Assembly (NCBI RefSeq): GCF_020745735.1
Contig: NC_083409.1
Span: 24,200,048-24,264,047, forward strand
Length of the DNA: 64,000 bases
Source: Hemiscyllium ocellatum
Lineage: Eukaryota
Direction: 5' to 3'
Positions 31,465-44,999 of this stretch are shown here, piece after piece. The translations under genes were made by a program, and so were the position numbers. A model generated the notes under the pieces. The model was not told the DNA's origin and did no database searches. It worked only from the letters and a program-made list of their open reading frames with translations. Each line of letters begins with the position of its first letter. Within the stretch, counting starts at the first letter, position 1.

Positions 31465-34400
31465 TAGAATCATAGAGTCATAGAGATGTACAGCATGGAA
31501 ACAGACCCTTTGGTCCAACTTGTCCGTACCGACCAGATATCCCAACCCAATCTAGTCCCACCTGCCAACACCTGGCCCAGATCCCTCCAAACCCTTTCAA
31601 TTCATAGAGGTAAAAACAATGACTGCAGATGGTGGAAACCAGATTCTGGATCAGTGGTGCTGGAAGAGCACAGCAGTTCAGACAGCATCAAAAGTGCAGC
31701 GAAATCGACGTTTTGGGCTGCACTTTGGATGCTGCCTGAACTGCTGTGCTCTTTCAGCACCACTGATCCAGAACCTTCCTATTCATAAACCCATCCTGAT
31801 GCCTTTTAAATATTGCAATTTTACCAGCCTCCACCACTTCCTCTGGCAGCCCATTCCACACTCGCACCACCCTGTGCGTGAAAATGTTGCTCCTCAAGTC
31901 TCTTTTTTTATCTTTCCCCTCTTACCCTAAACCCATGCCCTCTATTACTGGACTCCACCACCCCAGGGAAAAGACTTGGTCTCTTTGCCCTATCTATGCC
32001 CCTCATGATTTTGTAAACCTCTGTAAGGTCAACCCTCAGCAGGGACCTCTGTAAGGTCACCCCTCACTCTAGGGAAACCATCCTCAGTTATTTAACCTCT
32101 CCCTATAGCTTAAATCGCCCAACCCTGGTAACATCCTTGTAAATCTTTTCTGAACCCTTTCAAGTTTCACAACATCTTTCTGATAGGAAGGAGACCAGAA
32201 TTGAACACAATACTCCAAAAGTAGTTTAGGTGACCTCCCAACACCTGTACTCAATTCTCTAACCAATAAAGGAAAGCATCCCAAATGTCGTCTTCATTAT
32301 CCTATCTACCTCCGACTCTACTTTTAAGGAGTTATGAACATGCACTCCAAGGTCTCTTTGTTCAGCAACATTCCCGAGAACCTTACCATTAAGTGTATAA
32401 GTCCTGCTAAGATTTGCTTCCCTAACTGCAGCACCTTGCATTTATCTAAATTAAACTCCATCTGCCATTCCTCAGCCCATTGGCCCATCGGATCAAGATC
32501 CTGTTATAATCTGAGGTAACCTTCTTCGCTGTCCACTACACCTCCAATTTTGGTGTCATTTGCAAACTTACTAACTCTACCTCCTATGTTCAGATCCAAT
32601 TCATTTATGTAAATGACAAAAAGTGGTTGCCCCAGCACCAATCCTTATGACACTCCACCGGTCACAGGCCTCCAGTCTGAAGAACAACGCTCCACCACCA
32701 CCCTCTGTCTTCTACCTTTGAGCCAGTTCTGCATCCAAATGGCTAGTTCTCACTGTATTCCATGAGATCTAACCTTGCTAACCAATCTTCCATGGGGAAC
32801 CTTGTCGAATGTCTTACTGAAGTCCATACAGATCCTGTCTAACGCTCTGCCCTCATCAATTCTTTCTGTTACTTCTTCAAAAGACTCAATCAAGTTTGTG
32901 AGACATCATTTTCCATACACAAAACCGTGCTGACTATCCCTAATCAGTCTTTGCCTTCCCAAATATATGGATAATCTGTCCCTCAGGATTCCTTTCAATA
33001 ACTTCCTCACAATCAACGTCTGGCTGACTGGTCTACAGTTCCCTGGCTTGTCCTTACCACCTTTCTTAAATAGTGGCACCAATTAGTGAACCTCCAGTCT
33101 TCTGGCACATCATCTGTGACAATTGAGGATACAAATATCACAGTAAGAGGCCCAACAATCACTTCCCTAGCTTCCCACAGAGTCGTAGGGTACACCTAAT
33201 TAGGTCCTGGGGATTTATCCACTTTTATGCATTTCAAGGCATTTGGCACCTCCTCGTCTGTAATATGCACATTTTTCAAGATATCACCATCTATTTCCCT
33301 ACATTCTATATCTTCAATATCCTTCTCCACAGTTAAAGTGAAGCAAAATACTCGTTTAGTATCTGCCCCATCTCCTGCAGCTCCACCTTGCTGATCTTTG
33401 AGGGGCCCTGTTCTCTCCTTAGTTACCCTCTTGTCCTTAATGTATTCATAAAACCCCTCTGTATTCTCCTTAACCCTATTTGCCAAAGCTATCTCATGTT
33501 GCCCTCCTGATTTCCCTCTTAAGTATACTCCTACTGCCTTTGTATCCATCTAAGGATTCACAAAATCTATCCTGTCTGTATCTGACATATGCTCCATTCT
33601 TTTTCTTAACCAAACCCTCAACTTCTCTCATCACCCAATATTCCCTACACCTACCAGCCTTTCCTTTCACCGTAACTAGAATATACTATCTCTGGACTCA
33701 AATTATCTCATTTCTGAAGGCTTCCCATTTTCCAGCTGTCCCTTTACCTGCGAGCAACTGTCCCCAATCAGCTTTTCAGAGTTCTTGCCTGATACTGGCA
33801 AAATTAGCCTTCCTCCAATTTAGAATTTCAACTTCTGTATCTAGTCTATCCTTTTCCATCACTATTTTAAAATTAATAGAATTATGGTCACTGACCAAAA
33901 GTGCTCCTCCACTGACACTTCAGTCACCTGCCCTGCCTTATTTCCAAGAGTAGGTCGAGTTTTGCACCTTCTCTAGTAGGTACATCCACATACTGAATCA
34001 GAAAATTGTCTTGTACACACTTAACAAATTCCTCTCCATCTAAACCCTTATCACAATAGCAGTCCCAGTCTATGTTTGGAAAGTTAAAATCCCCGACTAT
34101 AACCACCCCATTATTCTTACTGATAGCTGAAATCTCCCTACAAATTTGTTTCTCAATTTCCCGCTGACTATTGGAGGGGGGCTATAATATAATCCCAACA
34201 AGGTGATCATCCCCTTTTTTTCTCAGTTCCATCCAAATAACTTCCCTGGATGTATTTCTGGGAATATCCTCCCTAAGTACAGCTTAATGTTATCCCTCAT
34301 CAAAAATGCCACTCTCCCTCCTCTTGTGCCTCCCCTGCTGTCCTTCCTATAGCATTTGTATCTTAGAACATGAAACAGCCAGTCCTGTCCATCCCTGAGC

Positions 34401-35330
34401 CATGTTTCTGTAATTGCTATGATATCCCAGTCCCATGTTCCTAACAACACCCTATGTTCATCTTCCTTCCCTGTTAGGCCTCTTGCACTGAAATAAATGC
34501 AGTTTAATTTATCAGTCTTACCTTGTTCTCTGCTTTGTCCCCGCCTGCCCTGACTGTTTGACTAGCCTTTGTTCTCAACTTTACCAATCTCAGGTTGAAA
34601 TCTTTCCTCACTATCTCCCTGGGTCCCACCCGCCCACCTTACTAGTTTAAATCCTCTCTTGCAAATCTCCCTGCCAGTATATTAGTTCCCTTCCAATTTA
34701 AGTGCAATCTGTCCGTCTTGTACAGGTCACTTCTACCTCAAAACAGCTTCCAAAGATCCAAAAATGTCAATCCTTTTCCCATACACCAGCTCCTCAGCCA
34801 TGCATTCATCTGCTCTATCCTGCTATTCCTGCCCTCACGGGCTCAAAGCACCAGGAGTAATTCAGATATTCCTACTCTTGAGGACCTCCTTTTTAAATTC
34901 CTGCCTAACTCTCTGCAATCTCCCTTCAGAATCTCAACCTTTTCACTTCCTATGTCGTTGGTTCCAAAGTGTACAATGACCTCCTGCTGGTCCCTCTCCA
35001 CCTTAAGAACGTTCTGCACCCTCCCCGAGACATCCTTGATCCTGGCACCAGGGAAGCAACACACCATTCTGATTTTTCACTACTGGCCACAGTAATGTCT
35101 GTCTGTACCTCAGGCTAGAGATTCTCCGAACACAGTCGATTGTTTGGAACCCGACGTACCTCCCATTACATTAGAGCCAGTGTCTATACCAGAAACTTGG
35201 CTGCTCATGCTCAGTACCCCTGAGTTTCCATCACCCCTTACATTTTCCAAAACAGCATACTTGTTTAAAATGGGAATAGCCACAGAAGACTCCTGCACTA
35301 CTTGCCGACCTCTCTTGCCTTTCCTGGAGT
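31465..35330 (-). mobile_element. Long degenerate CR1 (3' end to ORF1 esterase), interrupted by a small fold-back at 31,610-31,773
   Basis: LEYCVQFWSPSYQKD, MVIVGDFNFPNIDWD, IIAITETWL, and MVCCFPGARIKDVSG...VIVHFGTNDIG. Confidence 0.88.
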
Positions 35331-35554
35331 AATGGTCAGAGCCCATGGGATCCAAGGCACTTTGGCAAATTGGATCCAAATATGAGGCAAAGAGTGATGG
35401 TGGAGGGTTGTCTTTGTGATTGGAAGCCTGTGACCAGTTGTGTGGGACAGGGATTGGGGCTGGGACCCTTGCTGTTTGTAATGTACATTAACAAATTGAC
35501 TGTGATTGTATAATTAGAAAGTTTTCAGAGGCCACATAAATTGGTGGTGTTATT

Positions 35555-36310
35555 GATATTGATTTGATTTTTATTTTAGTTTATTGTCACGTGTACTTGA
35601 GTGCAAAAGTATTGGAGTACAGTGAAAAGTATGTAACGTCACCTCACAAGATGCCATCTTAGGTACAAGGACCTCAGTACAGAATCGTAAGAACAAGGTA
35701 GAAAGAAAGAAAGTTCAAAGTTACATGTTGCAGATCTTTTTGGTTTTAAGTAGAAAATGAAGAAATAAAGCTGAAAGTTCAAGTATTAGAGCCTTTTGTA
35801 AGAACTTAGCTACCATGGGATCATACTTTAAGTCATCATCTCGAGACCGGAAGTCCACGCTGAGGCCTTCCCGGGTGGAGAGACCACCATATACAGAAAG
35901 GACCACTATGTGGGCTGAGAGACAACCACGCTGGGCCATTCAGAGATCACAACACGAGGCCGAGTGACCATCACGCTGGGCTGACAGTCTAGCATGCTGG
36001 GCTGAGAGGCCACCACATCGAAATGAGAGGCCATCATGTTGGACTAAGAGTCTGCCTCGTTGGGCTGGAAGGTCTCCCTGCCAGGCCAGGACACTGCCAC
36101 ACCAAGCCAAGAGGCCACATCATTAGTCTGCACTGGGTCAGAGGCCTGGCGACTGAGGCTGGGAGTCCGAGCCCGGGAGAAGAAATAAGGGAGAAGGACA
36201 AAAGAAAAACACGAAAAAAAAGGAAAAGTGAAGTGGGATAGAAAGAAGAAAAGGAAATAGACGGAGCAGATAAACTCCGGCTGAAGCATGCTACTCTGCT
36301 GCTATCTTGG
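35555..36310 (-). mobile_element. Nested insertion inside a CR1 RT fragment; resembles a LINE 5'UTR
   Basis: Splits the CR1 motif ggtggtgttattgat|...ggattactgggtctcaggctacag. The minus strand starts TCCAAGATAGCAGCAGAGTAG (AAGATGGCG-like) and has short gggctgagaggccacc repeats. Confidence 0.45.
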
Positions 36311-38230
36311 ATTACTGGGTCTCAGGCTACAGTCTGATATTGGTCAGCTGGTAAACTGGACAGAGCAATGGCAGATGTAATTTAATCCTGATACCTCTGA
36401 GGTGATCTAACTTGGGAGGTCTAATAAGGGAAGGATATACACAATGAAAGGCATGTACCTTGAGTGTCCTTATGCATGAATCACAGAGGGTTGGTCTACA
36501 GGGACAACAAGCAATTAGGAAGGCAAATGGAATTTTGTCCTTCATTGCTAAAGGGATTGAGTTTAAAAAGCGGGAAGGTTATGTTGCAGCTGTACAGGGT
36601 GCTGGTGAGGCCACACCTGGAGTACTGCGTGCAGTAATGGTCTCCTTACTTGAAAAAGGCAATACTGGCACTGGAGGGATGCAGAGAAAGTTCACCAGGC
36701 TGATTCCGGGGTGGAGGGGGTTGGCTTATGAAGGGAGACTGCGCAGACTGGGATATATTCATTGGAACTTAGAAGAATGAGGGGAACCTTATAGAAACAA
36801 ATAAAATTATAAAGAGAATAGATAAGACAGAAGTAGAGAGGATGTCCTCACTGGCAGGTGAAACTAAAACAAGAGGGTTTAACCTCAAAATTAGGGGGAG
36901 CAGATTTAGGACTGAATTGAGAAGGAACTTCTTCACCCAGAGGGTCATAAATCTATGAAATTCCTTGCTCAGTGAAGAAATTGATGCTACATCAGTAAAT
37001 GTTTTAAAGCTAAGACAGATTTTTTTTTAACAATAAAGGAATTAAGAGATACAGTGAGAGCAAATGCCAGGAATTGCACTTTAGAAAAAAGACTACAGGC
37101 ATGGACAATTTTCTAAACGGTGAGAAAATTCATAAAGCCAAATTACAAACGGATCTGGGAATGCTAGTCCTGGATTCTCTAAAGGTTAACTTGCAGGTTG
37201 AATCTGTGGTTAAGAAAGCAAATGTAATGTTGCCATTTATCTCAAGAGCTGAAAAATGTGTTGCTGAAAATGCGCAGCAGGAATGAAGAAGGGCTTATGC
37301 CCGAAACGTCAATTCTCCTGGTCCTTGGATGCTGTCTGACCTGCTGTGCTTTTCCAGCAATACATTTTTCAGCTCTGATCTCCAGCATCTGCAGTCCTCA
37401 CTTTCTCCTAATTTATCTCAAGAGGGTTGGAATGTAAAATGAGATGTGCTACTGAGACTTTATAAAGCTCTGGTTAGGCCCCATTTAGTCCAGTTTTGGG
37501 CCCCACACCTCAGGAAGGACATATTGACACTGGACTGTGTCCAGTGGAGATTCACATGGATGATCCCTGGAATGGTAAGCCTAATATATGATGAGCGGCT
37601 GAGGATCCTGGGATTGTATCCATTTGACTTAACAAGGGGAGATCTAATAGAAACTTACAAGATAATGCATGGCTTTGAAAGGTGGATGCTGGGAAATTGT
37701 TTCCATTAGGTGGGGGTACTAGGACCCGTGGGCACAGCCTTAGAGTTAGAGCGGGTCAGTTTAAAACAGAACTGAGGAGACATTTCTTCAGCTAGAGAGT
37801 GATGGGTCTTTGGAATTCGTTGCCGCAGAGCGCAGTGGCGGCTGAAATATTAAATGTCTTCAAGGAAGAGATTGATAAATTTTTAATCTTGGAATGAATT
37901 AAGGGCTACAGGGAGAGTGTGGGTAACTGTCCTTCAATGTCCATCACCCATGATTGAATGGCGTAGTGGACTCGATGGACCAAATAGCCTTACTTCCACT
38001 CCTTTGTCTTACGGTCTTATGTGGAGCTGAGTCCATGAAAAGATCAGCCATGATCTTATTGAATGGCAGAGCAGGGTTGAAGGGCCAGATGGCCTACTCC
38101 TGCTCCTAGTTCTTATGTTCTGATGTTCCTTGGGAGTACTGAGGAACAAAGGGACCTTGGTGTACGAGTCCATCAATCCCGGAGTGTATCAGCACAGCTA
38201 GACAGGGTGGTGAAGAAGGCATATGGGATG
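36310..38230 (+). mobile_element. CR1 3' fragments (several copies) with a family-A mini-element at about 37,255-37,410
   Basis: LLRLYKALVRPHLVQFWAPHLRKD and related motifs; gaagaagggcttatgcccgaaacgtc. Confidence 0.8.
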
Positions 38231-39199
38231 CCCTATTCCCAGCTGAGAAGGTTGCATACTGAGAGTTTGTAGTATATCATTCTTGTATAAAATTGATTTA
38301 TTAAAAGGATGTTGACAAGAACTCACTGATAACTAGAACTAAGTGAGTTTCTGTATTTATCACACCTAATGGATTATACCCAATGGCAAGTTTTGCTCTG
38401 TGGACTTAACAACACTCCAGTCACATTTGAATGATTATTGTGAAAATGAACAAGGTCACACTACCCCACATTACACTCCATCTGCCCAATATTTCTTCAA
38501 AGCCCAGCTGTATCTAATATTCAGCAGGATGGGCCTTCACTGGGAAATAGCCATTTGTAACTAGAATAATGATACATCTCTGAGAATCACATTAATAATT
38601 ATTTTTATTGAAGCTTTCATAAGTTCTGTGTTGATTGACACAATGCTCTGGTTTGGGCTTTGCTGTCTGTACAAACCATCTGTCATGTCTTTGCTGCAAT
38701 GGTTCACATTTCCATCATCAAACTCACACTCCAAATATCCCGTCATTATTCTCCATGGGATTCACTGGCATTGGCTCAGATCGAACTCCCAGCAGCTGAA
38801 ATGGAGGGAGGGATACAGCTTAGAGACTAAGAGATGCAACACAGGGGGAGGGACGGACGGACGGACGGGAAGGACAGAGCTTGGACAGAGAAAGAGGGAT
38901 GGAACTCAGTGAGATCTATGCAGCTGAGTTAGAAAGGGGTGGGGAGAGAGAGTGAGAGAGATAGATGGAGTCAAGGAGTTGGATGTCAAAGATAAATTAT
39001 ACTCTGTTAAAGATTGCACTGGATGAATGCTGACTGTCTGACTCTACAAACACTACCTACAAAGCTGGCTAACTTTGTGTCATTAGCAAACTAGATTATC
39101 TGACTTTCTATTGCCATTATCCAATGCATTAATAAATAATGTAAATAATTGAGGTGTGCGCACACATTCCTATTGGACACCACTGGTCACATCCTGACA

Positions 39200-42100
39200 A
39201 TTTCAGCACTTATCCATGATCCCTATTTTCTGTCACCTGTCACTCAACCAATTTCGGTATGGCAGTATTTTAGCCTCAATTCTGTGGATTTCTAACTGAG
39301 TTGACAGTTTCTTACATGGGATTTTATCAAATGCCTTCTGGAAGTCCCTATAAACAACATCCATTGACATTACTGTGTCCAGTAATTTTGTTTCCTCTTC
39401 AAAAATGTTCAATGAGGTTTTTCACCATGACCAACTTGTCATGAATCCATGCTGATTCTCCCTGATTAACTGACAATTTTCAAGGTCTTCAGTTACCCCC
39501 ATCCTTGATTATAGACTACAACAATTTCCACACCACAAACGTTGGCTTAGTGACCTGTAATTCCCTGGCTTTTCTCTAACATCCTTGTTAAATGTGAAAT
39601 GAAATTTGCAATTTTCCAATTCAGAGGTACGACTCCTGAATCCAGGTAACTCTGAAAGATTATAGTCAGGGTGCCTGCAATGTGGTCTATTTCTACTTTA
39701 TCACCCTCAGGTCCTGAGGATTTGTCACTCTTTAGTTCCATTATTTTCCTTATTACTCATGTTATATTGACATTAACTTTATTTAGGTGACACAGTGGTT
39801 AGCACTGCTGCCTCACAGCACCAGCGTCCCCAGGTTCGATTCCAGTCTTGGGTAACTGCCTGTGTGGAGTTTGCACATTGTCTGCATGGGTTTCCTCCTA
39901 CTGTCCAAAGATGTGCAGGTCAGGTGAATTGGCCATACTAAATTGCCCATAGTGTTAGGTGCATTAGTCAAAGGGAAAATGGGTCTGGGTGGGTTACTCT
40001 TCGAAGGGTCAGTGTGGACTGGTTGGGCCAAAAGGCATGTTTGCACACTGCAGGGAATCTCATCAGTCCCTGACACAGACCCTCTGATAATTCCTTTGGG
40101 CCTTCAAGCAAGTCCTCTTCCTTTTCTATTGCAAATCTTGAGGTAAAGTATTTATTTAACATGTCTGTCATTTCCCCATTGTCACTGACAATATCTCTCA
40201 CTTACAGTCTTTAATGGCCAACATTGCTCCTGACCTCCCAGCTTCCCTTTTATGGAACTGTAACATTTCTCCTTATTGATTTTGTTATCCCTAACATGTT
40301 TCCTTTCAGAATCCCTTTTGGTAGCTCCTAGAAGCAGATATGTGGCCCTTTTGTATTCTTCCCATTCAGCGGAATCTGTCCTTATTTTTTGCTTTTCTGT
40401 TAGCCTTTTTTAAACATTTTATTCTTTCCCTGATCTCTTTAATTGACCATTGTTGTTTGTTTGCTTTTCCCTCTCAGGTATAAACTGGCTTTGTTTTGTG
40501 TTGAATGTTCCTTTAAACATTCCCCACTGTTCTTCAGTTATTTTACCCATGAGCAGATTTTCCCAGTTTACTGTGGGCAGTCTCTGTCTCATCTCATTAA
40601 AGTCGGCCTTACCTTAAACTCAAATTCTAGCAGCTGATTCATGCGTTTTACTTTCAAATGCGACACTGAGCTAGATCATGTTATGATCACTATTTGATAA
40701 ATATTCATGCACAAATAGTTACGAACTAAATCTGGCTCGTTATTCATTACTAATTCCAACATTGCTTGTCCCCTTGTTGTATCCAGGACCTATTGCTGTT
40801 GAAAACTATTCTGGACACACAGCAGCAATTCACTACCTTTCTGACAGAGGGCTTGTCTGTCTCCCAATCTAAGTTAAAGTTAAACTTCACCATTAATAAT
40901 ACACTGGCTTTGCTACACACTTGTCTAGTTCCTCCATTTATATAATCCAGCACCTCAGAGCTACTGTCAGGGGGCTCTGTATCCAACATCTACTACAGTT
41001 TTCGATCCTTTCCTGCTCCTCAGTCCCACTGAGTGTTTTCTCCTCATTATGACCTCCCTCACCATTGAAGCCATTTTTTCCCTCATCAATGAAGCTGCTC
41101 CACCTCTTCTGCCATTTCCCTATATCCATCCTGTGAACCTTCTAACCCGATAGATATCGTTCCCAATCTGAATGATTCTGCAACTATGGCTCAGTAATTG
41201 ATCCGATACCATAATCTTAAATTTGAACTTGTGCCTGCAGATTATTGTATTTATTCCTTACGCTCCGTGCATTCGTATATAGAACTCGTATTTGGTCCAT
41301 TCACTGGAATCTGTTCCTCAGCACTGATGCTGTATTCACCTCTTTCTTATTTCTCTCCATCTGTTTAATCAATATCCTTCTGATAGCTTTCCTGATATTG
41401 TTCAAATAGGGCCTTTTGCCAATTTTTGCTGATGTTGTTGGTCCCAACACAGACAACAACAACTGGATCCTCAACCCCCCCATCCCACCTCCTCCCACCT
41501 CCGCCCCCCCCAACCCCCCCCAAGTCTGTTATAATTAAAAGCTGGCTCGAGATGCCCTTACCTTGAAACCAGGCAGGCAACACACCATGTGGGGCTCTCA
41601 ATCCTGCTCAAAAAGGATGCTATCAGTTCCCCTCATTATCAAGACCTCTCTTTTCTTTGTGCTCCCCCAGTCTGAGTGGCCTCCTGGACCATGGTGCAGT
41701 GGTTTCCTTCGTTCATTCATAGGAAATGGACATCTCTGGCCAAGCCAGCAATGACTGCCCTTAGGAGTCATCGAATCATAGAATCCATACCGTGTGAAAC
41801 AGGCCATTCAGACCAATGAGTCCACACCAACATTCTGAAGAGCATCCCACCCAGACTTGTCTCCCTACCTTATCCCTGTAAATCTGCATCTCCCATGGCT
41901 AATGCACCTAACCTACACATCCCTACATTTTCCCCAGTTTAGGCATTATAATTTCTGCTCTATCTTTATCTTTTCATATAATGACTTTGAAACTTACAGA
42001 GTTATGGTCACTGTCACCAAAATCCTCAAATTACATTTGCCCATTCTCCCGACAAACCTTTTCCTCATTTACACGGGAGCAAGTTTATGTTATTCCTGTT

Positions 42101-42530
42101 AGACAAGGAGCTGAGGCACCTGTAAGGCTAAATCCAGGCTGCATCGGCCTGTTCACTTTTGGTCACACCCTCCTGTCCCTGACCACTGGCCATAATTTGA
42201 AGTATTTAACCTACAAGGTGTGACTGTCTCCCCAAACACAGTGTCCAGGTAACTCTCCCCCTCCCTGATGTGTCACAGTGTTTGAAGCTCAGATTCCAGC
42301 TCATCAACTCTGAGCTGGAGTGCCTTGAGCAACCAACACTTGCTGTAGATGTGGTCACTCTGAGCTACAATGGGCTCCACCAGCTTCCCCATCGTGCAAT
42401 TACTACACATCGCCTGGCCCTGTATGTGGAAATTATTTGACGAGTTTTGAATTTATATTTTAAAATTTGCTGCTGGTCTTTAGTTTTTAATCTGTAAAAT
42501 ATTTCCGTCAAGGAGACAGAGAAGGTGCCA
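39200..42530 (-). mobile_element. Degenerate CR1 (RT, APE, ORF1) with an HE1-like V-SINE at 39,785-40,070
   Basis: VVPLNWKIANF, FNFNLDWET, VVVVCVGTNNISK (SGNH). The SINE has A/B boxes cagtggttagc / ggttcgattcc. Confidence 0.8.
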
Positions 42531-43619
42531 GCACAGGAGGAGGCTGTTCAGCCCCTCGTGTCAGTGCTAGCTGTTTACGAGCCTCAATTATAATGAACAT
42601 CTCCATTGAATGTCTGTTGTCAGGAAGTGATTGAGTCTGTTTTTAGAGACAGAATAATGGACAAATATGATCTGGTCTGAGAGAATCAGCATGAATTGAC
42701 AAAGGTTCAGACATCTTTAACTAACCGGGTTACACTTCGTTAGGAGCTCACTAGTGTGGGATATAAGGTAATGTCGATGGCTATTGTCCATAGGGAATTC
42801 CAAAAGACATTTAAGAATGTTCCACAGAAGAAACATTGATTCAGATCTTACACTCCACAACCATCTGATGAAGGAGCAGCGCTCCAAACGCTGATGCTTC
42901 CAAACAAAGCTGTTGCATTAGAACCTGGTGTTCTGAGATTTTTAACATTTACACGACAGTCCAACACTGGCATCTCCAAATCATGGAATTGGATGGAATT
43001 TGAGAAATGCATTTACCTTGGGTCAGGAATGGGTCTGCCTAGGAGACAGAGAGGAAGGATAATGTGCATGTGTTCCAATGAGCCAGATGTGAGTAGTGGT
43101 ATTCCCAGGGATCTGTGCTGGGACCTCAGCTTTTCACGATATTTCTCAATGACTTGGAAGAAGAAACAGAGAGCCATATATCCAAGATTATCGATCACAG
43201 AGTGAGGCACCTTGGAGGAGGTCACAAAGATAGGGCGGGTGGAAGAACAGGGAGCAGATTGAGTACAAGGATGAGAATTTCAAAATCGAGGTGTTGCTGG
43301 ACCAAGAGCTGATGTCAGTCAGTGAGGATTGTGGTGGTCATGGTGGGGTGGGGCGGTGTGGGCAGGAGTGTGGGGTGGACTTGGTGTGAGTTTGAACATA
43401 GACAGCAGAGTTTGGGATGAGGTGATGTTTATGGAAGTAAATAGCTGTGATGTGGGCCTGGATAACATTGGAATGGTCACAAAAACATGGTTGAGATTTT
43501 CAGTGGTTGATATGTGGAGGATTTGTGCCTCAAATCAGCCCCAAAGATGAGGACAAAATTGTTAAGAGTCTGGTTGATCTGCAGTCACTGCTCAGGGAGA
43601 GGGATGGAGTTTGTACTGG

Positions 43620-43920
43620 GAGCTGAAGAGGATGACTTTGATCTTCCCAATGTGTTTCCCAGTGAGCCTGGCTCCTCAGCCCTGACTGCTCTTAGCTGCT
43701 GAGATTGTCACTGATTGGGCACTTATTATTAGAGATTCTGACCACAGCAGAAAGCCCCAGTGTAACAAATAACTGTAAAGACTGTCAGATCGCAAGGTTG
43801 AAACTTCACCAACAGGGGAAGTGAAAGAAGGAGCTCGGAGCAGCTGGATGTTTGTTACTGAGACGGGAGAAAACTGTGAATCATCTGCACTCCCTGGAAT
43901 CTGACAGCACAGGAGGAGGC
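43620..43920. promoter_or_regulatory. Candidate upstream B-cell enhancer, copy 2
   Basis: ATTGG at 43714, ACCACA at 43741, GGAAGTGAAA at 43817-43826, CAGCTG at 43841, CATCTG at 43882. All motifs of copy 1 are retained. Confidence 0.55.
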
Positions 43921-44999
43921 CATTGAACCCATCAATCCTTTGAATGACCCAGTTAGTCCCACTGCTTCCCCCATCTTTCCCCGTAACCCAGCAAATCTTT
44001 CCTTTACAGTTCAATCTCCAATTCTCTCTTATAGACCTCATGTCCACAGAGTGAGACTGCCCTGAACCTGGGCTTCAAATTGGCATCTCATTCATTCATT
44101 GGGAGATAAACTGCCTGGGCTGGGAAATGAAGTTCAGGATCCTGAACATTCCCTCTCCCTTCCTGAGGAACACTTCATTTGGTTTTGTCTATTCACTTGT
44201 GGGAAGTGGGCTTCACCGGCTGGGCCAACATTTTTTACCCTGTCCCTAGTTGCCCTGGAGAAGGTGGTGGGAAGCTGCCATCTTGAATTGTTATCGTCCA
44301 CAAGCTGTAAGTTGACCCACAATGCCAGCATTTTAACCCAGCAAGGCTGAGGGATCAGCGACATATTTCCAAGTCCAGATGCTAAGCTTTTTCGAGGGGA
44401 ACTTGCAGCTCACAGTGTTCCCATGTATCTGCTGCTCTTGTTCTAAATGGAAGTGAATGTGGGTTTGGAGGGAAACCAAAAGAACTGCAGATGCTGTAAA
44501 TCCGAGACAAAATAGAAAGTGCTGGAAAAGCTCAGCAGGTCTGGCAGCATCTGTGAAGAGAAATCAGAGTTAATATTTCATCCTCAACCCGAAATGTTAA
44601 TTCTGATTTCTCTCCAAGATGCTGCCTGACCTGCAGAGCTTTTCCTGCAATTTCTATTTTTGTCCATGGGTTTGGAAGGTGCTATCTGAAGATCGGTGAT
44701 GAATTTCTGCAGTGCATCTTGTCGATAATACACACTGCTGCTATGAAGCATCAGTGACGGTGAGTTTGGATACTTTGAGAATGTGATGACAATCAAGGAG
44801 TTTGCTTTGCTCTGGATAGTATCAAGCTTTTTGAGTGGATAAGAAAGACATAGGATACAATAGACATAGATAGGAAAGACTTCAAGGGATATGTGTGAAA
44901 CACAGGCAAATAAGATGAGTCCACTTCAGAAAACCTGGTCAGCGTGTAGAAGTTTGGCTTAAGGGTTTGTTTCTGTGCTGTATGACTCTGTGACACAAT

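Larger units (their letters stand above)
4980..31470 (-). repeat. Left arm of a large inverted segmental duplication (partner about 42,535-64,000)
   Basis: Reverse-complement anchors: 4,999-5,180 with 63,800-64,000; C1 with C2; shared intron CR1 pieces; J/V/promoter; 19,390-19,785 with 46,790-47,165; 23,495-24,380 with 43,010-43,920; 30,600-31,470 with 42,535-42,840. Confidence 0.92.
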
